From Spirochaetia bacterium (lineage in GTDB: Bacteria > Spirochaetota > Spirochaetia > DSM-2461), in NCBI GenBank assembly GCA_963666985.2, contig CAXXIA010000001.1, forward strand, positions 768,001 to 832,000: a stretch of DNA of 64,000 bases. The letters are read 5' to 3'. Positions 1 to 10,844 of this stretch are shown one piece after another (position 1 is the stretch's first letter; the number at the start of each line of letters is the position of its first letter). The notes under the pieces are model-generated. The model searched no databases and had not been told where the DNA came from. It worked only from the letters and a program-made list of their open reading frames with translations. The position numbers and the translations under genes are program-made.

Positions 1-336
1 GGAATCGATATCAACAAGGTTATCACGGTTACCTTCGCCATCGGATCGGCAACCGCCGCCATAGGCGGCGTCCTAATCGCCAATCATATGGGGCAGATTA
101 ACTTCTATATCGGTTTTCTGGCGGGCATAAAGGCCTTTGTCGCCGCGGTTTTGGGAGGCATCGGAAGCATTCCCGGCGCGGTTCTGGGAAGTTTCGTTCT
201 CGGCATGACCGAGAGCTTCGGCGCCGGCTATATATCCAGTGCCTATGAAGACGCTTTCGCCTTTATCATCCTGATCCTTATTCTGATCTTCAAACCCTCG
301 GGACTTGTCGGCCGGAATGAAATCGAAAAGGTGTAG
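1..336 (+). CDS. livH: Branched-chain amino acid ABC transporter permease (5'-truncated by window)
   Basis: Frame open from base 1 (GIDINKVITVTFAIG...KAFVAAVLGGIGSIPGAVLG...KPSGLVG), typical LivH C-terminus; first gene of liv cluster. Confidence 0.9.
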   Translation, partial: GIDINKVITVTFAIGSATAAIGGVLIANHMGQINFYIGFLAGIKAFVAAVLGGIGSIPGAVLGSFVLGMTESFGAGYISSAYEDAFAFIILILILIFKPSGLVGRNEIEKV

Positions 337-340
337 CGTT

Positions 341-1744
341 ATGAATAAGGTTCTTAAAGAACTTAAGTCCTCGTTTTTAACGGCTTTATGGATACTGGTT
401 CTCACCTTTCCCATCATGATTATCAAGGTGAATACCATCGACGCGACGGTTCGATGGCGTTGGGCAAACATTCCGACGGTATTTTTCTTCACGTATATTT
501 TTTCATTTATTTGGAGACGCCTTCTTTTCCTGAGGGAAAAAAAAGGAAAAGAATCATTAAGACTGATTCTCATCGATTCTCTTCTTATGGGAATTGCTCC
601 CATACTCACCATCGTTGCCGTTTCTCTTATAAATTCGAAGTCCCCCGAATATAAAGTTTTAAGCTGGATTTTACAGGCGGTTGTCTATACCGGAGTCATT
701 ATTCTTCATTCCATTCTCATTAAGGATGTCAAAAGCGAGAAAACGGAAGAGATTCAAGAACGAAAGCCGAAATTCGATTTCCGTGAGACACTCGGTAAGA
801 AAACCGTAAAAAGACCGCTTTTGGCCCTTTTGGCGGTTGCCGTTGTCGCCTATCCGTTTGTTTCCGGGCTTTATCACGTAGGCATTATGACCAGTGCCTT
901 AATGTTCATCATTTTGGGTTTGGGGCTGAATATCGTTATCGGCTACGGCGGACTGCTTCATCTGGGATACGCGGCGTTCTACGCCGTGGGCGCTTACAAT
1001 TACGGACTGCTTTATATGTATTGGGGCGTTCCGTTTTGGGGCGCTCTGCCGCTTGGTGCCGTTTCGGGACTCATTTGCGGGCTGATTATCGGCATCCCCG
1101 TTTTAAGGCTGCGCGGCGATTATCTTGCAATCGTTACATTGGCCTTCGGTGAAATCGTAAGGCTCCTGTTGGAGAATCTGGCCGGATTTACAAAAGGTCC
1201 GGAAGGCATCGCACAGATTCCCAGACCCGGCTTTATCATGAAATTAAATTTGCAGAATGCATCGATTTACCTGTATTTCATTGTTTTCGCCTTAATGCTG
1301 TTAACGATATTCGTTATTAAACGAATTGAAGATTCCCGGATCGGACGTTCTCTTGAGGCCATGCGCGATGATGAAATTGCCGCGCAGTCCATGGGGATTG
1401 ATCTGACCAAAGCAAAACTGATTACTTTTGCCCTCGGGGCCATTTGGGCCGGACTCGTCGGTGTTATTCTGGCGGGTAAGACAACCTATATCAATCCGGG
1501 AAGCTTTACCCTTATGGAATCGGTGATGATTCTCGTGGCCGTGGTTCTCGGAGGCATGGGTTCCGTGCCCGGAGTTATTCTCGGTGCTCTTCTGGTAACG
1601 CTTATCCCCGAATATCTGCGGTTCCTTTCCGACTATAGGATGCTGATGTTCGGAGTCGCCCTTGTGGTGATGTCAATTTTCCGGCCTCAGGGGATTATTC
1701 CCAGGGTTCGAAAGCACTACACCGTCGGAAGGGAAAGCGCATGA
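341..1744 (+). CDS. livM: Branched-chain amino acid ABC transporter permease
   Basis: LGLNIVIGYGGLLHLGYAAFYAVGAY and LRLRGDYLAIVTLAFGEI motifs; ATG at 341 chosen over upstream GTG 305. Confidence 0.9.
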   Translation: MNKVLKELKSSFLTALWILVLTFPIMIIKVNTIDATVRWRWANIPTVFFFTYIFSFIWRRLLFLREKKGKESLRLILIDSLLMGIAPILTIVAVSLINSKSPEYKVLSWILQAVVYTGVIILHSILIKDVKSEKTEEIQERKPKFDFRETLGKKTVKRPLLALLAVAVVAYPFVSGLYHVGIMTSALMFIILGLGLNIVIGYGGLLHLGYAAFYAVGAYNYGLLYMYWGVPFWGALPLGAVSGLICGLIIGIPVLRLRGDYLAIVTLAFGEIVRLLLENLAGFTKGPEGIAQIPRPGFIMKLNLQNASIYLYFIVFALMLLTIFVIKRIEDSRIGRSLEAMRDDEIAAQSMGIDLTKAKLITFALGAIWAGLVGVILAGKTTYINPGSFTLMESVMILVAVVLGGMGSVPGVILGALLVTLIPEYLRFLSDYRMLMFGVALVVMSIFRPQGIIPRVRKHYTVGRESA

Positions 1745-2520
1745 GCCGTACGATACTGAACATTGAAGATTTCTCCATGATTTTCGGAGGGCTGCGGGCC
1801 GTCGATCATGTCAGCATGCATATCGACGAGGGCGAAATCGTCGCGCTTATCGGGCCGAACGGTGCGGGAAAAACAACTCTTTTCAACTGTGTTACAGGGG
1901 TTTATAAACCTTCCGAAGGAACAATTTCAGTCAGCTCCGCCGATTCTCATACCACCCGGACAAACGGGATGAAACCCAACAAAATAACCGAGTTGGGTTT
2001 GGCCCGAACGTTTCAGAACATTCGCCTTTTCTCCACGATGACGGCTCTGGAAAACGTTATGATAGGCCGTCATCCGAAATTGAAGGCCGGTGTTGTCGGT
2101 GCCATCCTGCGTGATAGGCGGACGAAAAATGAGGAACGGCAGGTTATCGAGGACAGTCTGTCCATTCTCGGGAAACTGGGATTGGAAAAATACGCGAACG
2201 AGCCGGCTTCCAGTCTTCCTTACGGCGCGCAGCGGCTTTTGGAAATTGCACGGGCCATGGCGACCGAACCGCAGCTTCTGCTTCTGGATGAACCCGCGGC
2301 CGGAATGAACCCTCAGGAAACCAGGCACTTGGACGAAACCATTAAGCGGATACGGGACGAGGAGGGGATAACCATCCTTCTTATAGAGCATGACATGAGC
2401 TTGGTGATGAGTCTTTCGGAACGGATTTATGTCCTTGATTACGGAAAAATGATCGCCGAAGGGAGTCCTGAGGTTGTGAAAGCGAATCCCGCAGTCGTCA
2501 AAGCCTACCTGGGAGAATAA
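1741..2520 (+). CDS. livG: Branched-chain amino acid ABC transporter ATPase
   Basis: FGGLRAV, Walker A GPNGAGKT, ARTFQNIRLF, LLLDEPAAG. Confidence 0.93.
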   Translation: MSRTILNIEDFSMIFGGLRAVDHVSMHIDEGEIVALIGPNGAGKTTLFNCVTGVYKPSEGTISVSSADSHTTRTNGMKPNKITELGLARTFQNIRLFSTMTALENVMIGRHPKLKAGVVGAILRDRRTKNEERQVIEDSLSILGKLGLEKYANEPASSLPYGAQRLLEIARAMATEPQLLLLDEPAAGMNPQETRHLDETIKRIRDEEGITILLIEHDMSLVMSLSERIYVLDYGKMIAEGSPEVVKANPAVVKAYLGE

Positions 2521-2522
2521 CG

Positions 2523-3230
2523 ATGCTGAAAGTCGATAACATTCATACATATTACGGGAACATTCAAGCGCTCAAAGGCATCTCTCTGGAAGTGAAAAAA
2601 GGGGAGATTATCACTCTGATCGGCGCCAACGGAGCCGGAAAGTCCACGACTCTGATGTCCATTTCCGGAATTGAACCTCCCCGCAGCGGATCCATCATTC
2701 TTGAGGGCGAAGACATCACCTCAATGCCGCCGAATAAAATCGTTACCAAGGGGATGATCCAGGTTCCCGAGGGCCGAAGGATTTTCCCGAAGCTGACGGT
2801 TCTGGAGAATCTGGATATGGGTGCGTATCGGAGAACCGATAAAGAGGGAATTAAGAAGGATCTCGATTATGTCTTCGACCTCTTTCCCATTCTCTCCCAG
2901 AGAAGAAATCAGAGCGGAGGAACACTTTCCGGCGGTGAACAGCAAATGCTGGCCATCAGCCGCGCCCTTATGGGCAGTCCCCGCATCCTTTTGCTGGATG
3001 AACCGTCACTGGGGCTTGCGCCTCTGATCGTGCAGCAGATTTTCGAGATTATCACCCGGATCAATAAGGAACAGGGAACAACCATATTCCTGGTGGAGCA
3101 GAACGCCAATATCGCCCTTAAAACCGCCCACAGGGGCTATGTGCTGCAAAACGGCATGATTGTGAAATCCGATACGGCGGCGGCCCTTATGGAGGATGAG
3201 GAAGTCAAAGACGCCTACCTGGGGGTTTAG
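2523..3230 (+). CDS. livF: Branched-chain amino acid ABC transporter ATPase
   Basis: GANGAGKST, VPEGRRIF, LSGGEQQM, LLLDEPSLGLAP. Confidence 0.95.
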   Translation: MLKVDNIHTYYGNIQALKGISLEVKKGEIITLIGANGAGKSTTLMSISGIEPPRSGSIILEGEDITSMPPNKIVTKGMIQVPEGRRIFPKLTVLENLDMGAYRRTDKEGIKKDLDYVFDLFPILSQRRNQSGGTLSGGEQQMLAISRALMGSPRILLLDEPSLGLAPLIVQQIFEIITRINKEQGTTIFLVEQNANIALKTAHRGYVLQNGMIVKSDTAAALMEDEEVKDAYLGV

Positions 3231-3287
3231 AACACGGATGCATACCGTTCTTCCCACCAGGGATGATTTCCGCTAAATTCGTTCCCG

Positions 3288-4232
3288 ATGGAAACATTCA
3301 TCCTCGGCACAGGCGGCATGATGCCTTTGCCCAATCGAAATCTTACGTCCATGCTCCTCAGAAGAGAAGGCGAACTTTTTTTATTCGACTGCGGGGAGGC
3401 TACGCAGGTAAGTCTCAGAGAATTGAATCTAAAATGGAAAAAGATCTCCGTTATCTTCATAAGCCATACCCATGCCGACCATGTAACAGGCTTGCCCGGC
3501 ATTCTTATGCTCTCATCGCAGGTTGAACGGGAAGATCCTTTGGTGATTATCGGGCCGCCCCGAATCAGGGAATATATTGAAGTGAACAGGCGTGCCCTTG
3601 AAATGCATATTAATTATCCCATTGAAATCATTGAAATCGCCAAACCCGGCGTTCCTCAGGAAGTCTTTCGGGGTAACGGATATAGGGTCCGCTCTTTCCC
3701 TCTTCGTCATTCGCGTATTTGCGTCGGATACGCGTTTGAAGAAGATTCAAGGCCGGGGATTTTTTATCCCGAAAGAGCCGAAGAAGAGGGCGTCCCTCGC
3801 GGCCCCTTATGGGGACGTCTTCAAAAAGGCGAACACATAACCCTTGAAGACGGCAGAATCATTTCACCGGATATGGTCATGGGAAATGCGCGTTCCGGAC
3901 GAAAGGTTTCGTTCGTAACCGATACCGCGTGGAAAAAGAGCATCCCCGGGGAAGTCTCCGGTTCCGATCTTCTCATATGCGAGGCAATGTTCAGTGAAGA
4001 GTTTGCTGATTCGGCCCGTGAAAAGAAGCATCTGACGGCTCGTCAAGCCGGTAGAATCGCCGCGGAGGCGGGTGGTATTAAACGAATGGGACTCATCCAC
4101 TACAGCCCCCGTTATATGGATAGGGAACTGAAAATCCTCCGCGACGAATGCCGTGAATTCTATCCCGAAGCTTTTCTCTGCCGTGACAGGATGGTTATAG
4201 AAATCCCGCATTCGGAAGATACGGAATCCTGA
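3288..4232 (+). CDS. rnz: Ribonuclease Z
   Basis: LGTGG..P, DCGE, SHTHADHVTGLPG metallo-beta-lactamase motif, exosite GVPRGP, HYSPRY. Confidence 0.93.
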   Translation: METFILGTGGMMPLPNRNLTSMLLRREGELFLFDCGEATQVSLRELNLKWKKISVIFISHTHADHVTGLPGILMLSSQVEREDPLVIIGPPRIREYIEVNRRALEMHINYPIEIIEIAKPGVPQEVFRGNGYRVRSFPLRHSRICVGYAFEEDSRPGIFYPERAEEEGVPRGPLWGRLQKGEHITLEDGRIISPDMVMGNARSGRKVSFVTDTAWKKSIPGEVSGSDLLICEAMFSEEFADSAREKKHLTARQAGRIAAEAGGIKRMGLIHYSPRYMDRELKILRDECREFYPEAFLCRDRMVIEIPHSEDTES

Positions 4233-4326
4233 AGTTTCTTTCGAAAATGCGGAAAACCGCTCGGCTCTCCGCGAACAGTCCTCAATTGATTGATGAATCT
4301 TTCTTGCTTTCAGCTCGGAGTTCCTT

Positions 4327-5271
4327 ATGCTATATGGAATGAGGGAACCGTCACTTTTGATACCATACTGCGGACCGGATTCTTCCGGGCAAACCTTTGA
4401 TTCTTATGTTTATCTCAGACCGGAAACCAACGGTGTTTTAACCGAAAGCATCCTTATGAAGACGATCGTGGGAAACAATGAATGGAAAGAAGGTGCGAAA
4501 CTTGTCTACATGGCGAACTATCCGGGTGAGTTCATACAAACTCTGCATCTGGTGGAACATCATTATAATCTGAAAGTGGCCTTTGCCCGGCATGGAGGTA
4601 CGGCTTTCACACCGGGAATGCGGGAGGCTTTTGAGCAAAAATTTAAAAAAGACTTTAATCCGGAGAAAGTCTTAGGTTCTTTTGATGCGATTAAACGCTT
4701 TGGTTTGGATGAAGAGTCGCTTTTTCAATATCATGTCGAGAAAGAAGACATGCTTGTCGTTCTGGGGCAGAACATCAAGCGGTATGGAGATTTCTGGGTG
4801 GTGAATTACGATATTCCCGCCATTCTGAATAAGAATGCCCTCAATACGGATATTGCCGTTATGGTGTTCCGCATCGGTATGGGCTGGGAGGATTTTCGCT
4901 CCATGATAGGGGCCATGTCGTCACATCTGGTTGATGCCGGAATCATCAGAATGGAAACTCCTCCGAGCAGAGCTTTCCATCATTCGAAAAGTCCTTGGGA
5001 ACAGCTCTTGGACGGAATCGATTTTCTTTGGGGAGTGGATGTTTCGGACGGAGGCGTGGAAGATGATATTTCTTTCGGCGCTTATCTGATGGGTCAAGGC
5101 ATCGACAGAAAAGAATTACGTGAAACGATTCAAAACCCTCTTGTCGCCTATTCCACGGACGATGGAAAAGAACTTGAAGCGAATATATTTGATATTACTT
5201 CCGGAATGGGGTACAGCAAAGCGGCCGGCATCCTTTCGAAAATAACTCGGCATCTGGATGTTTCGTTTTAA
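4327..5271 (+). CDS. Hypothetical protein, possibly divergent nucleoside-diphosphate-kinase-like
   Basis: 314-aa ORF with RBS; YVYLRP...WEDFR...HHSKSPWE recalls atypical NDK-like families (weak). Confidence 0.6.
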   Translation: MLYGMREPSLLIPYCGPDSSGQTFDSYVYLRPETNGVLTESILMKTIVGNNEWKEGAKLVYMANYPGEFIQTLHLVEHHYNLKVAFARHGGTAFTPGMREAFEQKFKKDFNPEKVLGSFDAIKRFGLDEESLFQYHVEKEDMLVVLGQNIKRYGDFWVVNYDIPAILNKNALNTDIAVMVFRIGMGWEDFRSMIGAMSSHLVDAGIIRMETPPSRAFHHSKSPWEQLLDGIDFLWGVDVSDGGVEDDISFGAYLMGQGIDRKELRETIQNPLVAYSTDDGKELEANIFDITSGMGYSKAAGILSKITRHLDVSF

Positions 5272-5353
5272 CAAGGCCGCTCTTGGAGCCGGCCCGTTAA
5301 AAAACGAAACACACTGTTTTGCTCCCTTAAGAGGGAGAGCCTCAAAGGCTTAT

Positions 5354-6223
5354 TTAGATATCAACTCCCAGAACTTCTCTTACGAGAATCCCTATCCCGA
5401 AGGATAAAGCGGCCACTCCAAGACTTAAACCCGCCATTTCAAAGAAATGCTTTTTAAACGAAACGTCTTTGGCGACTGAGATGTAGAAATTGAAAACGAG
5501 AATAATCAGAATGGCCGCGGCCATCGTCAGTATCAGCGCGAGTACGTAATTGCTCAGCAGCAGATACGGCAGAACCAGAATAATAACGGTAATAATGTAT
5601 GCTATACCCGTATATAATGCGGCTTTTGCTGCTCGTCCGCCCTGTCCATCGGCGCGATGGGAAAGAAATTCGGATGAGGCCATGGATAAAGACGCGGCTA
5701 TTCCCGTAATGAGTCCCGAAAGCGCAATAAGCTGGGTATGCCTGAAAGCGAAAGTCAGTCCGGCTAAAGCTCCGGTAAGTTCCACCAGAGCGTCATTAAG
5801 GCCCAGAACCATGGAGCCGACGTAATCCAGCAGCTCCTCTTCAAGCATGTTCAGAAGCTCCCTCTCATGACGCTCTTCATCTTCAAGTGTTTTCTTTAAT
5901 CCCGGATGGTTTTCAATGGCGCCTGAATATCGCTTCTGTGCTTTCTCTTCACCCTTTTCCAGGAGTTTTAAAGCGAATGTTATTCCAAGCGTTCGTGCGG
6001 CCAAAACCGTAAAGAAAACCGTAAAGCGTCTTGGTTTCGCATCTTTTCCCGTAACCTTTTTAAAGATTTCATAATGAGAGGCTTCGTCATTCGAGATTTT
6101 TTCAAGAATCTTCGCGTTGCCTTCGTCACGGATGATTTTCGCAAGTTTCCCGTAGACAATAACGCCGGTCGCTTCATCCCTCTGAAATTCCAGAAACATT
6201 GATTCTTGTTCGTTTTTTTTCAT
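5354..6223 (-). CDS. Rubrerythrin-like/VIT1-CCC1 family iron transporter
   Basis: N-terminal ExxH diiron motifs (DEASHY, DEERHE); VLGLNDALVE and IAASLSMASSEFLS VIT1 motifs. Confidence 0.88.
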   Translation of the reverse strand: MKKNEQESMFLEFQRDEATGVIVYGKLAKIIRDEGNAKILEKISNDEASHYEIFKKVTGKDAKPRRFTVFFTVLAARTLGITFALKLLEKGEEKAQKRYSGAIENHPGLKKTLEDEERHERELLNMLEEELLDYVGSMVLGLNDALVELTGALAGLTFAFRHTQLIALSGLITGIAASLSMASSEFLSHRADGQGGRAAKAALYTGIAYIITVIILVLPYLLLSNYVLALILTMAAAILIILVFNFYISVAKDVSFKKHFFEMAGLSLGVAALSFGIGILVREVLGVDI

Positions 6224-6240
6224 TGTTATTTCTTCCTGAT

Positions 6241-9012
6241 TTATTTGAATTCCATTTTATAAACACCGTCCCAGTTCGTCGGCGGAGGATTCTTCCTATA
6301 CTTCTGGCAGCGTTCTATGAAAACTTGCGTCGGTCCGTCTTCGGGAAGTTTTGTGAGGACTTTGTTGAACAGTTTCTCGGAATCATCCCACTTTTTCTTC
6401 CAAAAGAGTTCCAGAGCATCACGATATAAGTTGAATCCTTCTCGCTTTTTAGCAGGAAAATCTTCCGGGAAATCCTTTGAATAACTCAATTCATACATTC
6501 CAACCGGAGTATCCCTTCCAACCACCCGGATTCTATCCAGCCTTCTGGTAATGAACTCACTGTGAATAATACTTTCCGTGGCCCCGCTGATCAGAACTTG
6601 CGTATTATAAAGTTTATTGACGCCTTCAAGTCTTGCGGCGAGGTTCATGTTATCCCCCAGAGCCGTGTAATCCTTGCGCCGTTCGGTTCCGATGAATCCG
6701 ACGTTGTTTTCACCCGTATTGATTCCGATCCTGGTGAACAGCCGTCCGTGGGGAAGAATCGACAGGATTTCGTCGCTGAGAAATCCGAGTCTTTTTAAGT
6801 CGTCACTGATTTCTCTTTCAAGCCGCGCCATCCTCATGGCTGCGCGGCAGGCTCTATGCGCATGGTCCTCCTGATCAATAGGAGCGCTCCAGAACGCTAT
6901 AATGGCATCTCCTTCGTATTTGTCTATGGTGCCGTGCTCCTCGAGAATTATGTCGCTCATGGGAGTCAGATAACGCTGAAGGAACTCAAACAGGCGATCC
7001 GTGGTTCCCAAATGCTCGGTAATCGTTGAGAATTTTTCGATATCGGTGAACATCGCGGTTATTTGCCGTGTCTGCCCCTTTATGCTCAGCATATCCGGAT
7101 GCTGCTGAATCTCTTTTACGACATCAGGAGAAATTATTTGACCGAAGGCATTTTGAATAAATGTTCTTTCACGGGATGCTGCCAGGAAGTTGCCGATGAT
7201 GGATGCCAGATAGGTTGAAATGAGTACCAACAATAAAGAGAGCATGTTTATATAAACACCGGTGTATACAAACACGGCACCCGATGCGGCCAGGATTAAG
7301 ACAACGAGAATCAGACCTAAAGTCGTATTAAGCTCGGAACGCTTAATACCGACCAAGCCCAAAAAGGTGATGATAAGGCCGCTTCCGAGAAGAATCACCG
7401 CCGTCAGCCAGAGGGGAGCTTCGGAGAGGAATTCCTGCTTAATGAATGAATTGTAAACGGCACCGTAAATTCCCATATTCATATATTGTTTTTCAAAAGG
7501 ATTGGCGCCGTAGTCCGAAGTGCTGGTTCCCGAATACCCGATAACGACGGTGCTGTCTTTGAGCCGTTCTGAAAGGACATCTCTGATGGCTTGGATATTA
7601 TCCAGTCTCCAAAGGGCTTCCTCGAAGAGAGTCGGTACAAGAGTCAGGAGCTCTTCAAAGTAAGCCGCATCATCCTCCGATGTATCCGGATCGGAAAGCG
7701 CAAAATCCAAATCATCCAGAAACAGTGACTTCGCGTCGCTTTCCAGAAAGCGGCGGGCTTCGGAAAAGTATTCGTTTCTATAACCGCCGTACTCTTCGGC
7801 CCGAGATCCGTCTCCCGATTCCAGCATTCCGCTGCGCATGCCGTCCAAATCGGCTGCGAACATGCTTAACGGCTGTGATGTTTCTCCGTAGATATCGGAA
7901 GAGAGTCCGTAATATTCGAGTTCTTCAATGATGCTTGTAAATTCCTTCAGAATCAGATCGTGATAATAAAGATAGAAAAATGACAAACGTCCGCTGAACG
8001 TTCCCGGATCGTATCCTTCGGCTTTTTTCCGGTTCAAAGGAGTGCCGTCGAAGAATCGTTTCGGCCAGTTGATGAGCATCTTTCCGTCTCTGTCCAGGGG
8101 AATCTCCACATCACCCACGACGATTTTATTTTTATACGCGGTTATCGGCGGACAGCCCTGCCGGATCCACCAAGTGCCGAATCCCATATGTGTGAAATAA
8201 TTACCGTCTTGACTGTAGAGCACGTCCACCCGGCGGCGAACGCCGTCGGAATCGATATGCATCCGGGGAAATCCGGCCCACGCGGCCGATTCGGTAACGG
8301 GCATGATGGAGGGAAGAATATCCGTCGCTTCGTCGAAAGGATCCGCCGTAAGAGTCAGGCTGTCGTTCACCGTCAGATGCTCAAGAGCGTAATCCCGCTG
8401 TTCCTGAGTAACCGTCGGATCATAATCCTCGGTCATATTGATCGTTACCGAAACATCTCCCAAATAATCAATGGCTTTTCCCAGATAGATGTCTTTATCG
8501 AAAGCTACGCCCCGAACGGCTTCATAAAGCCGCCGGCTTTCCTCCGTGTTGATGTTTTTCAGATCCTCAAGGAAATCCAGGGCGTCTTGCCTGCCGATGG
8601 TTCCCGAGATAAGTCCGTCGATAAGCTGGGCGTTGTACTGCATCATCATGTCCATGGTGCCGTAGACTTCGTCGGACAGATCGTAATCAAGATAATTCAA
8701 ATTGATTCCCGCCGGGCTTCTGTCCACGAACTCGATATCGAGCATGGTCCAGGCGGGACCGAATTCCTTCATCAGGATAAGACCGTCGGCGAAGATATCC
8801 CTTCCGAGGGGATACATATCCACTTCGGATATGGTCTGGTCGTCCACTTCCAGGAGTATGATGCTTTCATCTTCTTCTATCGCGGGCTTTATGCGCAGAA
8901 GCAAATCATAGAGGCGGCTGTCGAGGCTTTTATAAAAATCGACGAACAAAAGTCCCGTGAATAGCGCCGTTCCGAGAACGGCCGTGAGCAGGGGAGTAAG
9001 AATGCGCTTCAT
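6241..9012 (-). CDS. CHASE2-domain adenylate/guanylate cyclase
   Basis: N-terminal CHASE2 (DSDGVRRR), 3 TM segments, class III cyclase motifs MFTDIEKFS, DKYEGDAI, YTALGDNMNLAARLEG. Confidence 0.92.
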   Translation of the reverse strand: MKRILTPLLTAVLGTALFTGLLFVDFYKSLDSRLYDLLLRIKPAIEEDESIILLEVDDQTISEVDMYPLGRDIFADGLILMKEFGPAWTMLDIEFVDRSPAGINLNYLDYDLSDEVYGTMDMMMQYNAQLIDGLISGTIGRQDALDFLEDLKNINTEESRRLYEAVRGVAFDKDIYLGKAIDYLGDVSVTINMTEDYDPTVTQEQRDYALEHLTVNDSLTLTADPFDEATDILPSIMPVTESAAWAGFPRMHIDSDGVRRRVDVLYSQDGNYFTHMGFGTWWIRQGCPPITAYKNKIVVGDVEIPLDRDGKMLINWPKRFFDGTPLNRKKAEGYDPGTFSGRLSFFYLYYHDLILKEFTSIIEELEYYGLSSDIYGETSQPLSMFAADLDGMRSGMLESGDGSRAEEYGGYRNEYFSEARRFLESDAKSLFLDDLDFALSDPDTSEDDAAYFEELLTLVPTLFEEALWRLDNIQAIRDVLSERLKDSTVVIGYSGTSTSDYGANPFEKQYMNMGIYGAVYNSFIKQEFLSEAPLWLTAVILLGSGLIITFLGLVGIKRSELNTTLGLILVVLILAASGAVFVYTGVYINMLSLLLVLISTYLASIIGNFLAASRERTFIQNAFGQIISPDVVKEIQQHPDMLSIKGQTRQITAMFTDIEKFSTITEHLGTTDRLFEFLQRYLTPMSDIILEEHGTIDKYEGDAIIAFWSAPIDQEDHAHRACRAAMRMARLEREISDDLKRLGFLSDEILSILPHGRLFTRIGINTGENNVGFIGTERRKDYTALGDNMNLAARLEGVNKLYNTQVLISGATESIIHSEFITRRLDRIRVVGRDTPVGMYELSYSKDFPEDFPAKKREGFNLYRDALELFWKKKWDDSEKLFNKVLTKLPEDGPTQVFIERCQKYRKNPPPTNWDGVYKMEFK

Positions 9013-9135
9013 TCAATGATCCTCCGAATAAGTATTTATTATAGAGTGATGTAAGAAGTTATGTCCTCCATGAGGAACTTTTTTTTGATTATTCGATTCC
9101 CTCAATATATTCGGAAACGTTAATGACGTGAATTA

Positions 9136-9162
9136 TTAAGTCCCGCCCTAAAAAACCGATTA
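9136..9162 (+). promoter_or_regulatory. Putative sigma-28 (FliA)-type promoter of flgF operon
   Basis: TTAAG-N15-CCGATTA upstream of flgF resembles TAAA-N15-GCCGATAA. Confidence 0.4.
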
Positions 9163-9207
9163 TTTAAGTGAGACCGGGTGTGCGGCATATCCGATCGGGG
9201 GGGATGA

Positions 9208-10014
9208 ATGATTAGAGGATTGTATACCGGCGCCAGCGGGATGCGTGCGCAGGAGCACCGCCTGGATGCGCTGTCGAACAATCTGGCCAATGTGGATCTT
9301 AACGGCTACAAGCGGGATACGTCCGTCCATAAGGCGTTCCCGGAGCTTATGATCCGACGGTTCGAGGACGACGGTGTGTTCCGCTTCCCTTTGGGCAGCG
9401 TGGATACGGCGCCCATGGTGGGGAAACTGGGCACCGGAGTCGAATACAACGAATCGTATACGGTTTTCGAACAGGGATCGCTTAAAGTTACCGAAAATCC
9501 GTTTGATTTGGCTCTCGAAGACGCCGGCTTTTTTACCGTCGAAACACCGCAGGGCGTCCGTTATACGCGCAACGGTTCGTTCTGGCTCGGTAAAGAGCAG
9601 ATTCTGGAAACCAAGGACGGATTCCCCGTCATGGGTGAGAACGGAATCGTTCGCATTACAAAAGATCATGTGAAAATCGATAAGCTCGGTCGGGTGTGGC
9701 AGCAGGAAACTCTGGAATCGGATCCCGAGCTCGTCGACACACTCAAAGTTGTTGATTTCCCCAGAACCCGCTTCTTGAAGAAACAGGGAAACAGTTTTTG
9801 GATTGAAACCGAAAACAGCGGATCGGCGCGGGATTTGGAGGGAACAAAGCGCCCCGGTGTGCTTCAAGGTTTCCTGGAAGGATCGAACGTTAATCCCGTA
9901 ACGGAAATGGTGAACATGATCGAGGTGAATCGGGCGTATGAGGCCAATCAAAAGGTCATCACAACGCACGATTCTCTGATGAACCGTCTGATCAATCAGG
10001 CCGCGAAATACTAA
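9208..10014 (+). CDS. flgF: Flagellar basal-body rod protein FlgF
   Basis: MIRGLYTGASGM...NNLANV..GYK, YTRNGSF, LEGSNVNPVTEM. Confidence 0.9.
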   Translation: MIRGLYTGASGMRAQEHRLDALSNNLANVDLNGYKRDTSVHKAFPELMIRRFEDDGVFRFPLGSVDTAPMVGKLGTGVEYNESYTVFEQGSLKVTENPFDLALEDAGFFTVETPQGVRYTRNGSFWLGKEQILETKDGFPVMGENGIVRITKDHVKIDKLGRVWQQETLESDPELVDTLKVVDFPRTRFLKKQGNSFWIETENSGSARDLEGTKRPGVLQGFLEGSNVNPVTEMVNMIEVNRAYEANQKVITTHDSLMNRLINQAAKY

Positions 10015-10032
10015 AGGAACAGGTAAGAAGAC

Positions 10033-10830
10033 ATGATGCGATCATTATGGACCGCCGCCACCGGGATGCACGGTCAGCAATTCAATATCGATACGATTTC
10101 CAACAACCTTTCCAATGTCAATACAACCGGATATAAGCAGGTTCGCGCCGACTTCGAGGATCTTATCTACCTGAATTCCCGAATCGCGGGAACTCCGGCC
10201 ACCGAACGGACCGTAACGCCGACGGGCATTCAAGTCGGACACGGTGTGAAAGTCGGAGCCTCCCAGCGAATGTTCACTCAAGGAAGTTTGAAGCAGACCG
10301 ACGCTCTCGGCGACATGGCCGTCATGGGAGAAGGCTTCTTCCGCGTGCTCAACATGGACGGAACCTTGGGATATACCCGCGACGGCTCCTTTAAAATCGA
10401 CGCGAACGGTCAATTCGTTTCCTCAAGCGGTTACAGACTTATGCCGGAACTCGTTCTTCCGCCGAACTTCATACCGGACAGTCTTGCCGTCAGCCAGCAG
10501 GGGCGCGTTACCGTGAAAATCCCGGGGCAGGACGATCCGGTAACCGTCGGGCAGGTAGAATTGTACCGTTTCGTCAATTCCGCAGGTCTTCAGGCAATAG
10601 GTGAAAATCTTTTCATGGAAACTCCGGCATCGGGCGAAGCCATGCGGGGGCGGCCGGGAGAAGACGGAATGGGAAAGGTCTATCACAAGTTCTTGGAGAA
10701 CTCGAATGTTTCGGTCGTTAAGGAAATGGTGGGAATGATCGTGGCCCAAAGGGCCTACGAGCTGAATTCCAAGGCCATACAGACGTCCGATTCCATGCTG
10801 GGCATCGCCAACAACCTTAAGCGCGGATAA
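10033..10830 (+). CDS. flgG: Flagellar basal-body rod protein FlgG
   Basis: MRSLWTAATGM, NNLSNVNTTGYK, YTRDGSFK, LENSNVSVVKEMV..QRAYELNSK. Confidence 0.95.
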   Translation: MMRSLWTAATGMHGQQFNIDTISNNLSNVNTTGYKQVRADFEDLIYLNSRIAGTPATERTVTPTGIQVGHGVKVGASQRMFTQGSLKQTDALGDMAVMGEGFFRVLNMDGTLGYTRDGSFKIDANGQFVSSSGYRLMPELVLPPNFIPDSLAVSQQGRVTVKIPGQDDPVTVGQVELYRFVNSAGLQAIGENLFMETPASGEAMRGRPGEDGMGKVYHKFLENSNVSVVKEMVGMIVAQRAYELNSKAIQTSDSMLGIANNLKRG

Positions 10831-10844
10831 TGAGGAGTTTATAG

